Below are positions 43,876 through 55,558 of a DNA stretch of 64,000 nucleotides, in pieces (position 1 is the first letter of the stretch; every line of letters begins with the position of its first letter). Both the position numbers and the translations under genes were made by a program. The notes under the pieces are model-generated. The model saw only the letters and a program-made list of their open reading frames with translations, was not told the origin of the DNA and did not search any database. This DNA comes from Macrostomum lignano. Lineage: Eukaryota. The stretch spans positions 1 through 64,000 of the forward strand of contig NIVC01001424.1 in assembly GCA_002269645.1 (NCBI GenBank), written 5' to 3'.

Positions 43876-44586
43876 GGTTATTTAAAAAATTCTTTTAAAA
43901 GTTCGTCTCTTCCTCTGCCTTCTTACAGCTCCACAACAACGTAAGGATAAAAACAGCCAAGCAAAGAGACGATAAAACTGAGCAATGAGAGATGTCCTGA
44001 GATCACTTCTCAAAATCCATACCGGTATAAAGAAGAATTACCATAGTAACCACTCGAGACTGATTGCATCCGACTCAGATAGCTATAGTAGCACATATGA
44101 ACTACTCTTTTGTTGCAATGAATTGAGTAGTATGACATTCTTGCTTTCAATTTGTAGCGCCTAGACAACAGATTGCGTATTCTGTGAAGATTCTGTGTTT
44201 GCAGATCCCCCTGGCAACGGGACGAGATCGGGCCGGCCGGGAGACAACTTAGACGACGATGGATATGGCCCCGGACCCCCGGAGATGAGCAGCAGAACGC
44301 ACAGTTGACGGGAAATTGACGATAAGTTCAGCGAGAGACAGAAACCCAGGAAAGGGAGCGCCGCATCAAACTCAACCAATGCTTTAAACTCGCCACTCCA
44401 CCGCCCCTGCGAGGGCAGAGCGCTCTGGGGCTGCGTCCTTAACCAGGGGCGTCGCCAACGGGAGGGGGGACAGGGGGACATGTCGCCTCCAGTAAAAGAT
44501 CTGAGGGGACATGCCAATGCTTTGTCCCCCCACCCCTACCTTGTGGCCCGTTGTGAAAATCAATAACAATTGCTGCATGGTGACAA

Positions 44587-45608
44587 AATAGCGCCTGCGG
44601 CGCTGAAATGAGTGCCTGCGGCGCTGAAATGAGTGCCTGCAATGCTAAAATGAGTGCCTGCCGCGCTAAAATGAGTGCCTGCGGCGCTGAAATGAGTACC
44701 TGCGGCGCTGAAATGAGTGCCTGCAATGCTAAAATGAGTGCCTGCCGCGCTAAAATGAGTGCCTGCGGCGCTAAAATGAGTGCCTGCAATGCTAAAATGA
44801 GTGCCTGCCGCGCTAAAATGAGTGCCTGCAATGCTAAAATGAGTGCCTGCAATGCTAAAATGAGTGCCTGCCGCGCTAAAATGAGTGCCTGCGGCGCTAA
44901 AATGAGTGCCTGCCGCGCTAAAATGAGTGCCTGCGGCGCTAAAATGAGTGCCTGCCGCGCTGAAATGAGTGCCTGCGGCGCTAAAATGAGTGCCTGCGGC
45001 GCTAAAATGAGTGCCTGCGGCGCTGAAATGAGTGCCTGCGGCGCTAAAATGAGTGCCTGCGGCGCTAAAATGAGTGCCTGCCGCACTAAAATGAGTGCCT
45101 GCGGCGCTAAAATGAGTGCCTGCGGCGCTAAAATGAGTGCCTGCGGCGCTAAAATGAGTGCCTGCGGCGCTAAAATGAGTGCCTGCGGCGCTAAAATGAG
45201 TGCCTGCGGCGCTGAAATGAGTGCCTGCGGCGCTAAAATGAGTGCCTGCGGCGCTAAAATGAGTGCCTGCCGCACTAAATTGAGTGCCTGCGGCGCTAAA
45301 ATGAGTGCCTGCGGCGCTAAAATAAGTGCCTTCGGCTCTAAAATGAGTGCCTGCCGCGCTAAAATGAGTGCCTGCGGCGCTAAAATGAGTGCCTGCGGCG
45401 CTGAAATGAGTGCCTGCGGCGCTGAAATGAGTGCCTGCGGCGCTGAAATGAGTGCCTGCAATGCTAAAATGAGTGCCTGCCGCGCTGAAATGAGTGCCTG
45501 CGGCGCTGAAATGAGTGCCTGCCGCGCTGAAATGAGTGCCTGCAATGCTAAAATGAGTGTTTGCAATGCTAAAATGAGTGCCTGCAATGCTAAAATGAGT
45601 GCCTGCAA
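44587..45608. repeat. 21-bp minisatellite, ~48 copies
   Basis: Unit AAAATGAGTGCCTGCGGCGCT with variants. Confidence 0.96.
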
Positions 45609-45676
45609 CACCGATTCCGAAAATAATGTAAGTAGTATGCATGAGGGGGCTTCCAGGACAATTTTTGTTAAATCTC

Positions 45677-46045
45677 CCCTTGGATCAACATCTACTAAGA
45701 TCTATTCATAAATAATGCGCTTACACCTAAAATCAGCCATCCCAATGCAATACTTACAACTGCTCATCTAACGGTGATAAAAAAATCAACCAGCGTAAAC
45801 CAATTTAAATCCCCCTTAGATCGATATCTACTAAGATTTATTCATACACAATGCGCTTACATCTAAAATCAGCTATCACAATGCAATACCTACAACCACT
45901 CATCTAAGGGGGATAAAAAAGTCACCCACCCCTTCCATAAAACAACCTAATCCCATTTAGATCGACATCTACTACGATCTATTCATATGCAATGCACTGA
46001 CAGTTATAATCAGCTATCACCATGCAATACCTACACCTGTTTATC
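45677..46045. repeat. Three diverged ~137-bp tandem copies
   Basis: GATC.ACATCTACTA.GAT.TATTCATA...AATGC...AATCAGC.ATC.C.ATGCAATAC.TACA recurs at ~45684, ~45820 and ~45960. Confidence 0.7.
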
Positions 46046-46574
46046 TTAAATGGGAAAACTAGTCGATTCCATAATCGATTCTAGCTAGCATGACTAAGCA
46101 TTTTTTAGCCTGAACTAAACTGCGCATAACCAAGGCTCCTCAACCACAACCGCTACTGAACTACCTAAACCATCCTTAGACTTAAAATAATTTCCTTGTA
46201 GCTCATTCTGGTTTTCGTCATCGCATATAAAAAAGTCATGCACAGCTCTCCACAGGTGTCACTGTTAAGATCTTGAAGTATAAAGTCTAAGCGGTAAATT
46301 TTTGCCCTTTAAAGTAATTTCTCAATTCTTCAGGTGGGGCTGTTCCATAGCTATCAAAGTAGTATTATGTATGCTTGCGATCAGGATCAATCAACCAACA
46401 GACCCAATGAGAACCTGGTTTGTCAAAAGTGTCAAAGTTCATGATACCGCATTCCTTTTTATGGTATTGATTGATTTTGGAAGCGTATCTCTCGGAAGCG
46501 TATCTCTTTGGAAGCGTATTGGAATATCTCAAATTCATTAGCTAAATCTTGAAGAAAAGTATACGTTGTCATTT

Positions 46575-47160
46575 TTAGATTTTATTAAATAAAAACCTTT
46601 TTCTCGCCACCTCCAATGACCAAAGGGTAGACTTTCAATGTTGCCATCTAAGACAAATCGTTTGTTGTCTGCACCTGAAAGACCAATCTTCTTTCTTTGA
46701 ATTGTATAAACTACGAGTACATGGTCTTCTGACTGCAGTTTGGAGAATTTTGCCAGGCCAGGTCTCTATATTCGACTTCTTTTAACTCATTTTGAACTAC
46801 GCTCGTACATGCTTGGGAATACCTTTCGATCTTTTAATAGGTTCTGAGTCCTCACATTTTATAAAGTAGGACTTTGCCCTCAGACCGATGAATTCGCTGA
46901 TGATGTCCCCAGCCTTTTCATCTTTCATTTTCCCTAGGATTTTTTTATTTTGGGTGGGTTATTCGCTTTAGCATGCCTATGGAGGACACAGACAGAGATG
47001 CCCCCTCTTTTCGAACTTTCGACAAAATTGTACATATCTATATCCATTAAGAGTTCAATGTACCAATCTGTATCTTGATCCCATTTCATTTTCAACAATG
47101 ATTCCCAGCTAGTGACAGGCAAAGACACAAAATGCGCAGGGAAGAAGTTTATCCAAGAAG
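46575..47160 (-). pseudogene. Internally deleted relic of a second, different Polinton pPolB
   Basis: PAHFVSLPVTSWESLLKM...ELLMDIDMYNFVESSKRGGISVC...AKANN is joined directly to LGKMKDEKAG.IISEFIGLRAKSY...RSKGIPK and KIGLSGADNKRFVL...SLPFGH. Confidence 0.85.
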
Positions 47161-47685
47161 TTTAACCAAGAAGTTTAGCACTATGAGCAATTGTAATAAC
47201 CATCCTGAGAAGCTTTGCTTAGTGTAGAATTCTGACACTGTCCATCCGTAAACCATTGCTGATCGAGACGGGAGTCAGATCCTCTTCCTATGAGACACTG
47301 CACAAACGACTGCCACCCAATAGCCGTGGCTTCCCCAAGCGTTGATTCCCAAAGCAGCTGGCGAGAAAAAAAATGCCCCAGCAGTCAGAAACAATAGCAG
47401 CTGAGACTGGGGTGGGTGGTGGGAGCCTGGGTCATGGCTTAGAAGAGTTCTATTTCTCTCTGTGGCTAAGAGCCGCCCCTGAGTCAGTCTAGTAGCAAAA
47501 TCCCCTCCCCTAGTTGATCATTGCCATTGCTTCCATCCCCGAACAGCCACCCCTGCCGGCGCCCCAACCCCCAGGTTCTCAATCTGCATCCGCGCCGCTC
47601 CCGGGATTCTGGGCCACCGACGCAGGTTTCAACTCCGCTTCATTGTCGCCTAATTGCCACAGGAATCGCTGAATACGCTGCCAAA

Positions 47686-48312
47686 ATGCTGAGCAAGACC
47701 AACTCAATCTTTCTCGGACTTGGCGTCCTCGCTTTCTTAGTTGGTAAGCTGGCTGAAGCATGTAAAATATACAGTCGTTTGTACTCCAATAAAGTAAACA
47801 GATTTTATTATTATCAGCTAAATCTGTTCACACGCAGGTGTCGGACACGCCATTAAGTGTCTGGCATACACCCACGCGGGCATTGAAGACCTTCGCGGCA
47901 CCCCCATTGTACTGGAGTGCGGTAGCAACGTGACCACCTGCAACAAGATGATTTCTGTTCAAAATCACACGGCTTCGAGCATGACCTTTAAATTCAATGT
48001 CAGCTTTACTGTGAGTAATCGATGAATGAGCTGATTAAGTTAGTTCTGTCTCAGAATTTTCGCCCCCATCCAAAGCAGCTGTGAACTCAACCGCACTCGC
48101 ATTCTCAGGTCTACTCTGGCTTTTGCGGTGGCTGCTCTTCCAGCTTGCCGTCTGGTTTCACCTGCACCACCTGCAACACCGACCAGTGCAACTCCGCCTT
48201 CGCCGCTGTGCTGACTGCGCCGTGCAACTCCGATTTCGCCTCTGTGCGCGCCGCCGCCCTGCTGACCCTGGCTCTGCCGCTGCTGATGGCCGCCGCCCTG
48301 CGCAGCTTCTGA
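47686..48312 (+). CDS. GPI-anchored three-finger (Ly6/uPAR-like) protein, 144 aa (exons 47686-47743, 47838-48010, 48109-48312)
   Basis: Signal peptide MLSKTNSIFLGLGVLAFLVGVGHA; IKC...EC..NVTTCNK; FCGGCS...CTTCNTDQCNS; hydrophobic C-terminal tail. Two canonical GT-AG introns with compatible phases. Confidence 0.75.
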
Positions 48313-48427
48313 AAGCAGCACGCGAACCCGAGAGTTCTAAGAGAGAATGAAACGCTTTGAAATGTTCCACAAAAACTTTGATAGCGTTCCCTGATATTCA
48401 ACATCGATTTCTGTTACACAAAGCAAA

Positions 48428-49900
48428 TTACACTCCGAATCTCTCCTGACATTCACTCCGAATCCCTGCAGACATTCACTCCGAATCTCTCCTGACATTC
48501 ACTCCGAATCCCTGCAGACATTCACTCCGAATCTCTCCTGACATTCACTCCGAATCCCTGCAGACATTCACTCCGAATCTCTCCTGACATTCACTCCGAA
48601 TCCCTGCAGACATTCACTCCGAATCTCTCCTGACATTCACTCCGAATCCCTGCAGACATTCACTCCGAATCTCTCCTGACATTCACTCCGAATCTCTGCT
48701 GACATTCACTCCGAATCTCTGCTGACATTCACTCCGAATCTCTGCTGACATTCACTCCGAATCTCTCCTGACATTCACTCCGAATTTCTCCTGACATTCA
48801 CTCCGAATCTCTGCTGACATTCTCTCCGAATCTCTCCTGACACTCACTCCGAATCTCTCCTGACATTCACTCCGAATTTCTCCTGACATTCACTCCGAAT
48901 CTCTCCTGACATTCACTCCGAATCTCTCCTGACATTCACTCCGAATCCCTGCTGACATTCACTCCGAATCTCTCCTGACATTCACTCCGAATCCCTGCAG
49001 ACATTCACTCCGAATCTCTCCTGACATTCACTCCGAATCCCTGCAGACATTCATTCCGAATCTCTCCTGACATTCACTCCGAATCTCTGCTGACATTCAC
49101 TCCGAATCTCTGCTGACATTCACTCCGAATCTCTGCTGACATTCACTCCGAATCTCTCCTGACATTCACTCCGAATTTCTCCTGACATTCACTCCGAATC
49201 TCTGCTGACATTCTCTCCGAATCTCTCCTGACACTCACTCCGAATCTCTCCTGACATTCACTCCGAATTTCTCCTGACATTCACTCCGAATCTCTCCTGA
49301 CATTCACTCCGAATCCCTGCTGACATTCACTCCGAATCTCTCCTGACATTCACTCCGAATCCCTGCAGACATTCACTCCGAATCTCTCCTGACATTCACT
49401 CCGAATTCCTGCAGACATTCACTCCGAATCTCTCCTGACATTCACCCCGAATCTCTGCTGACATTCACTCCGAATCTCTGCTGACATTCACTCCGAATCT
49501 CTGCTGACATTCACTCCGAATTTCTCCTGACATTCACTCCGAATCTCTGCTGACATTCTCTCCGAATCTCTCCTGACACTCACTCCGAATCTCTCCTGAC
49601 ATTCACTCCGAATTTCTCCTGACATTCACTCCGAATCTCTGCTGACATTCTCTCCGAATCTCTCCTGACACTCACTCCGAATCTCTCCTGACATTCACTC
49701 CGAATTTCTCCTGACATTCACTCCGAATCTCTCCTGACATTCACTCCGAATCCCTGCTGACATTCACTCCGAATCCCTGCAGACATTCACTCCGAATCTC
49801 TCCTGACATTCACTCCGAATCCCTGCAGACATTCACTCCGAATCTCTCCTGACATTCACTCCGAATCTCTCCTGACACTCACTCCAAATCTCTTTTGGCC
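48428..49900. repeat. 23-bp minisatellite, ~64 copies, with higher-order structure
   Basis: Unit CACTCCGAATCTCTCCTGACATT alternates with CCCTGCAG and CTCTGCTG variants. Confidence 0.96.
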
Positions 49901-49935
49901 TTCACTCCGAAGTGGTATAGGGAATTTACGAGTAT

Positions 49936-50141
49936 AGCACACCATCACTTTATTTTGAAAAAATACTTTTTCTTATGACCCGCACACCAGAGCATTGTTT
50001 GCTTTTTTCAAACTTCATATGTTACTCTTGATTCCATACTTAAACTATCCTTACTTCCTTTTTTCAATTTTGAAAAGTTAAAATTGCGCTGCGGGGGGTC
50101 ATAAGAAAAAGTATTTTTTCAAAATAAAGTGATGGTGTGCT
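49936..50141. mobile_element. MITE-like element with perfect 46-bp TIRs
   Basis: AGCACACCATCACTTTATTTTGAAAAAATACTTTTTCTTATGACCC and its reverse complement; no coding capacity. Confidence 0.75.
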
Positions 50142-50861
50142 TTAACGTAAGATTACGCTTACTCTATACTACTACTCTATACTAAATTCCCTATACTACT
50201 CTCAAAAACTCGTACTATTCTAAGTCTAGATGCAGACATCAACTGATTCTCACATCAGTACGTACCTTTTGGATGAAGGGAGAACTTACAATCCCCAACA
50301 CTGCTCTGTACAGCTTCTATTGTTCTAAAAAATAGGGAACTTCCCCACAGCTTCTATTGTACCCTTGAAGGGAGAACTACGTTTGTCTATACGTGGATCC
50401 AACAGTACTCTAAAAATCTCTTACCCAATCTAGTTGCTAGAACGGGAAATTGACGCGGCGCACACTGACCAGTTGCAGGCCGCCCTCAAGATAAGCGACG
50501 ACGGAGTCAATCACTCCGTCGTTTACTTCCATGCCGCCTAGCCTGATCCGTTCAAGTGAACTCGTGACAGGCATTCGAGTTGTACTGTCAGTAGCCGCTG
50601 TAGGAGGTGCTGCGGTGCTGCGGTGCCCAGATTTTCCTTGTTGAGTGTTTTCTGGGCAACCATCAACCCCTTTCCTTTCGTACCTTTGGTCTTACCTCTA
50701 CTGAACCAGTCTAGTGATCTAGATCTACTGATCGATGGTCTCGATAACTTTACGAAATGATTATAATAATGAATTTTAAATGCCAGAAACGCTACTTTAA
50801 GCAGTACCCTCAGCACATTACAATATAACTGATTCCGCGAAGATCTTTGCTAAAAAACGAC

Positions 50862-50869
50862 TATAAAAG
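50862..50869 (+). promoter_or_regulatory. TATA box of WSC gene C'
   Basis: TATAAAAG in the same context as 16803. Confidence 0.6.
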
Positions 50870-50926
50870 CCCAAGGAAGAAACACTTTCTAGCAGCTGCC
50901 TTCCTTCCCGGCCCAAAAATGCTCAA

Positions 50927-51650
50927 ATGATTTCATACTTTGCAAGCCTCGCTGTCCTGGTGGCCTGCGTTGCCAGCAGGTCAACCCAGGTGTCCTACAT
51001 TGGCTGCTTTGTGGACAATGAGGCCAGAGACCTGAGAGGACTCACTGGAGTGAGCAGAATCGGTCAGTTCAGCATCGGCAGCCTCATGCTGAGCAGCCTT
51101 AACATGACACACGAGCTCTGTAGCAGCGTCTGCTCTCTGGGCGGCTTCCCGTACTTCAGTGTGCAGGCCAATTATCATTGTTTCTGCGGCAGCTCCTACG
51201 GATCTCTCGGAACTGCAAACGAGACCGACTGCAACGGCGTCTGCGGTGGAAACGGAGCTCAAATGTGCGGAGCCTCGTGGCGAAACTCAGTCTTCGCCCT
51301 AACCTACCCGGGTGAGTGAGCTCAGTGTGAGCAGTTCTGATTTTGCCTCTATGTTTTCAGCGTTTTTAAGTAACAATTATGGCCAACTCTAACACAGTAT
51401 TTCTAAATTTTTAGATAGAAAGTATTTTGAGCAGACGCCAAGGACCAACCAGACGGTGGAGTCCACCCAGAGCACCTACTGGACCAGCGCTGCCAAAATC
51501 AAGGCCGAGTGCTTGATGATGTGCGAGGCCTCAGCTGACTGCCAGGCTGTGATTTTCTCTGGCCAGCAGCGCCTGTGTCACCTGCTGAGGTTCGCCTACC
51601 CGCCTGCCAGTCTGAGCAGCACCGATGGAGACTTCTTCGTGCGCGGATGA
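50927..51650 (+). CDS. WSC-PAN secreted protein C', apparently intact (exons 50927-51311, 51415-51650; 206 aa)
   Basis: Paralog of C with a phase-1 intron GTGAGT...TTTAG. It starts at a secondary ATG because the ancestral ATG (50919) now reads MLK*. Confidence 0.85.
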
Positions 51651-52157
51651 GCTCGCTGTCCAGCATTCAGCGTTGGAATAATTCAGCTCCTAAGGCTTCT
51701 AGACTGGACAAAATATTTTGAAAGAATTTGAAAATTTGTCTTAACTACTTCATTGGGAGTTTTTTAAAGAAAAAAATGTAATAATTAACTTGCTAACTTC
51801 ATATTCGGTTTTAAGCAACATGAAAGAAGGAAATACACAGTGCGTGACAAGCTTGAACCAGCTACCGCAAGCAATACTCTTCAAAATATGCATCTTTTTC
51901 AGTGCCAAAAGTGTACTGCCTTGTAAAGCATAGTTAAACAAAGCCGTCCTAGAATCCCTTGGGCATCCCTGCCCGCTGCCATTTTTACCTAACTAGCTGG
52001 CGGAGCCTTCTCCTGAAAGCTATTGTGCTTGCCTAGCTTTGGAACGTTGGAAGTAATTAATTATTAATCTGTGAGTTTCTTGACAACGCGGAGCTGCAAA
52101 GCTATTCGGGGGCCTTACTGTTGATTAGCAACTGAGTGGCTCTGTGAATTGGGAGAG

Positions 52158-52222
52158 ATTTTTCCAGCTCAGTAAGCAATCTTTTGCTAATTAATGGACA
52201 CCTGACGCACTCCTTGTTTTCT

Positions 52223-52261
<39 letters not shown>

Positions 52262-52327
52262 TAGCTTTTTCCAGCTCAGTAAGCAATCTTTTGCTAATTA
52301 ATGGACACCTGACGCACTCCTTGTTTT

Positions 52328-52362
<35 letters not shown>

Positions 52363-52436
52363 GTAGTATAGCTTTTTCCAGCTCAGTAAGCAATCTTTTG
52401 CTAATTAATGGACAACTGACGCACTCCTTGTTTTCT

Positions 52437-52475
<39 letters not shown>

Positions 52476-52543
52476 TAGCTTTTTCCAGCTCAGTAAGCAA
52501 TCTTTTGCTAATTAATGGACAACTGACGCACTCCTTGTTTTCT

Positions 52544-52585
<42 letters not shown>

Positions 52586-52653
52586 TAGCTTTTTCCAGCT
52601 CAGTAAGCAATCTTTTGCTAATTAATGGACACCTGACGCACTCCTTGTTTTCT

Positions 52654-52692
<39 letters not shown>

Positions 52693-53241
52693 TAGCTTTT
52701 TCCAGCTCAGTAAGCAATCTTTTGCTAATTAATGGACACCTGACGCACTCCTTGTTTTCTGCAGCAGCAGCAGCAGCAGCCAGGCCACGATGACCTTCCC
52801 AGGTGGGGCCAGGTGACGGTCAGCCAAATCCGCACTAAGAAATCCCCCCTGACTCGCGACACCCTGTTTCGGTTCGGCCTCGCTCAGAACGACCGATGCG
52901 CCGACTGCGGAGAACCGGACTCGGTCGATCATCTTATGCTCTACTGCCCCTGCCACCACCAGGCCCGCATCCGCACCTGGGGCGGGGTGGTCATTTCCTG
53001 GAACGACGTTCTCGAGGGTGGCGGCGCCCTCATCTGTGACTACCTCAAGAGGGTGGGTCGGACCGAGCCGCCCATTGACGACCCTGGCGGCCACCCGGCC
53101 CCGCCCCGGCCGCCTGCGGGCGGTCGGAGGTCGGAGTGAAGAAAAGAAAGAAGCAGCAGCAGCAGTAGTAGTATAGCTTTTTCCAGCTCAGTAAGCAATC
53201 TTTTGCTAATTAATGGACACCTGACGCACTCCTTGTTTTCT

Positions 53242-53280
<39 letters not shown>

Positions 53281-53348
53281 TAGCTTTTTCCAGCTCAGTA
53301 AGCAATCTTTTGCTAATTAATGGACACCTGACGCACTCCTTGTTTTCT

Positions 53349-53387
<39 letters not shown>

Positions 53388-53562
53388 TAGCTTTTTCCAG
53401 CTCAGTAAGCAATCTTTTGCTAATTAATGGACACCTGACGCACTCCTTGTTTTCTGCAGCAGCAGCAACAACAGCAGCAGCAGCAGTAGTAGTATAGCTT
53501 TTTCCAGCTCAGTAAGCAATCTTTTGCTAATTAATGGACAACTGACGCACTCCTTGTTTTCT

Positions 53563-53601
<39 letters not shown>

Positions 53602-53669
53602 TAGCTTTTTCCAGCTCAGTAAGCAATCTTTTGCTAATTAATGGACAACTGACGCACTCCTTGTTTTCT

Positions 53670-53711
<42 letters not shown>

Positions 53712-53720
53712 TAGCTTTTT
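52158..53720. repeat. ~107-bp tandem array (~11 units), each with a (GCA)n(GTA)n microsatellite
   Basis: Unit TAGCTTTTTCCAGCTCAGTAAGCAATCTTTTGCTAATTAATGGACACCTGACGCACTCCTTGTTTTCT-(GCA)n-(GTA)n. Confidence 0.95.
52781..53152 (+). mobile_element. 5'-truncated LINE (I/ingi-like CCHC C-terminus) inserted into (GCA)n
   Basis: GC-rich insert encoding QIRTKKSPLTRDTLFRFGL...CADCGEPDSVDHLMLYCP, with stop TGA and a GAAAAGAAAGAA tail. Flanked by GCAGCAGCAGC on both sides. Confidence 0.8.
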
Positions 53721-53891
53721 GCAGCCGATTTGGCATTACGCGCATTAAATTTAATCCAAAATGCGTTTGCCAATGCAACGGAGATTCAAAATTCAAAATG
53801 AGAAACACTCGAATGGCCAATGGCTGCTGCAGCTCGCTGTATGCGTTTCTCATTTTGAATGTCCAAATGATCATTTAGATTGTCAAAAACA

Positions 53892-54014
<123 letters not shown>

Positions 54015-54816
54015 TTAAAAGTAAGGAGTTTTGGCCATAGACAGTTTTTAAGATTTCATTCTTTCCTTCTTTGTCTAGAGCACAGATACTAATACTAAAT
54101 ACCCATATTGTATTCAGTATCTGTGGTCTAGAGTGCTGGTGGGCTAATGTAGTAGTAGTAGTAGAAATAGTAGAAGTAGTAGTAGTAGTAGCTGTAGTTA
54201 GTGTGAATTGGCTATCTTATACCGATTTGAACTGTACTGCTTTGTGCGTTTGGCTGCTCAATTTTAGCTTACCATTTTAGACCCTCCCCCTCCACTGAAC
54301 TGATCGATTTCTATTTATACGTACAGTACTTCTTCGCAATGTACATCGTTCGTCCTAACTACATGTACTCAGTTCTGTAATACAATATAAAGGACCAACG
54401 CGTCAGTTTAGAAACGCTGTCTACAACTTGCGGCTCAAGCCAATTCAATCGCTTCGTGTCAATCTCATTTCATCACAGTTAGTTTATACTAAGCTAAGTG
54501 CTATCTTTATAAGAGTGCACTGCCATTCTCTACAAACTGTAAGATTTTCTTCACGAAAATTCCTTTCTAGCTACTATACAGTAGACGCTCTCTCATGTTA
54601 TTGACATTTCTTTTCAGACAATAGAGCAGCAGACGTGTAGAATTCCATAGTACACAGGCAGGGTTGTACCCTGGGATAGGAGTAAAAGACACCTCTGATT
54701 GGTCGAACAGCGATGCGCCATCTCTTAATTGCGCACATTAAAGTCTGTTGGCTCTTATCTGCCTGGCGATTCAGAACTGCCGAATTCGTGCTTCAAGTTC
54801 CTCTCCTAGCAGAGAA

Positions 54817-55558
54817 ATGTTCCGCCCAGCAGCGGCTCTCTCCGTTCTGTTCTGCACTGCCCTCTTGCTGACTTGCGTCACCTGCAGACTCGTCCGCTTC
54901 TCCTACCTGGGCTGCTATAAAGACAATCCGTCCACCAGAGACCTGAACGGGCTCAGTGGAGTCAGCAAGATCGGCGGGTTCAGTGTCCATCACCCTTCTG
55001 GTAGTGTCTCTTTGAGCATGATGTCGCACGAGCTGTGCAGCGGCATCTGCTCGATCGGTAGCTTCCCGTACTTTGCGGTGCAGTACAGGGATGAGTGCTA
55101 CTGCGGTCACTCCTTCGGATCCCATGGCTTGGCGAGCGAAGCCGACTGCAGCATGGACTGCTTGGGAAACGCGATGCAGAAATGTGGCGGCCCCGCCAGA
55201 AACTCCGTGTTCTCCCTGAGCTACCCAGGTACTGTTCTGATTACTAAAGCTCATTACCTATAGTCAGTTTAAAAACATGCTTACTAATGAGAAGCTGCAT
55301 CTACCTTCAATTTCAGTTTCGGACAACAACACCTACACGGTAGTGAAGCAGTCCAGCCCTCCCGTGACATCCGGTGCCACTTCAGTCTGGCCTGTCGCTG
55401 CCCAGTCCGTCGAGGACTGCCTGCTCCGGTGCAGCGCCAGAGCCGACTGCCGGGCCGCCGTTTTCTCTCGACAGGAGCTCGCCTGCCGCCTGCTGGAGTT
55501 CGTGTACCCGCCTGGCCACCTGAGCGGACCCGAGTGGACTCTGTTCGTGCGTGGCTGA
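54817..55558 (+). CDS. WSC-PAN secreted protein D', intact (exons 54817-55228, 55317-55558; 217 aa)
   Basis: MFRPAAALSVLFCTALLLTCVTC signal peptide and full WSC. Phase-1 intron GTACTG...TTTCAG, then PAN exon DCLLRCSARADCRAAVF...CRLL. Confidence 0.92.

Noticed and set aside
44439-45711. 360-390-aa repetitive ORFs on both strands
   Set aside because: 21-bp minisatellite open in multiple frames; no evidence favouring any one as a gene.
54748-54816. 23-aa N-terminal extension of D' in the ORF track
   Set aside because: Begins at a TTG. The ATG at 54817 gives a normal signal peptide matching the paralogs.
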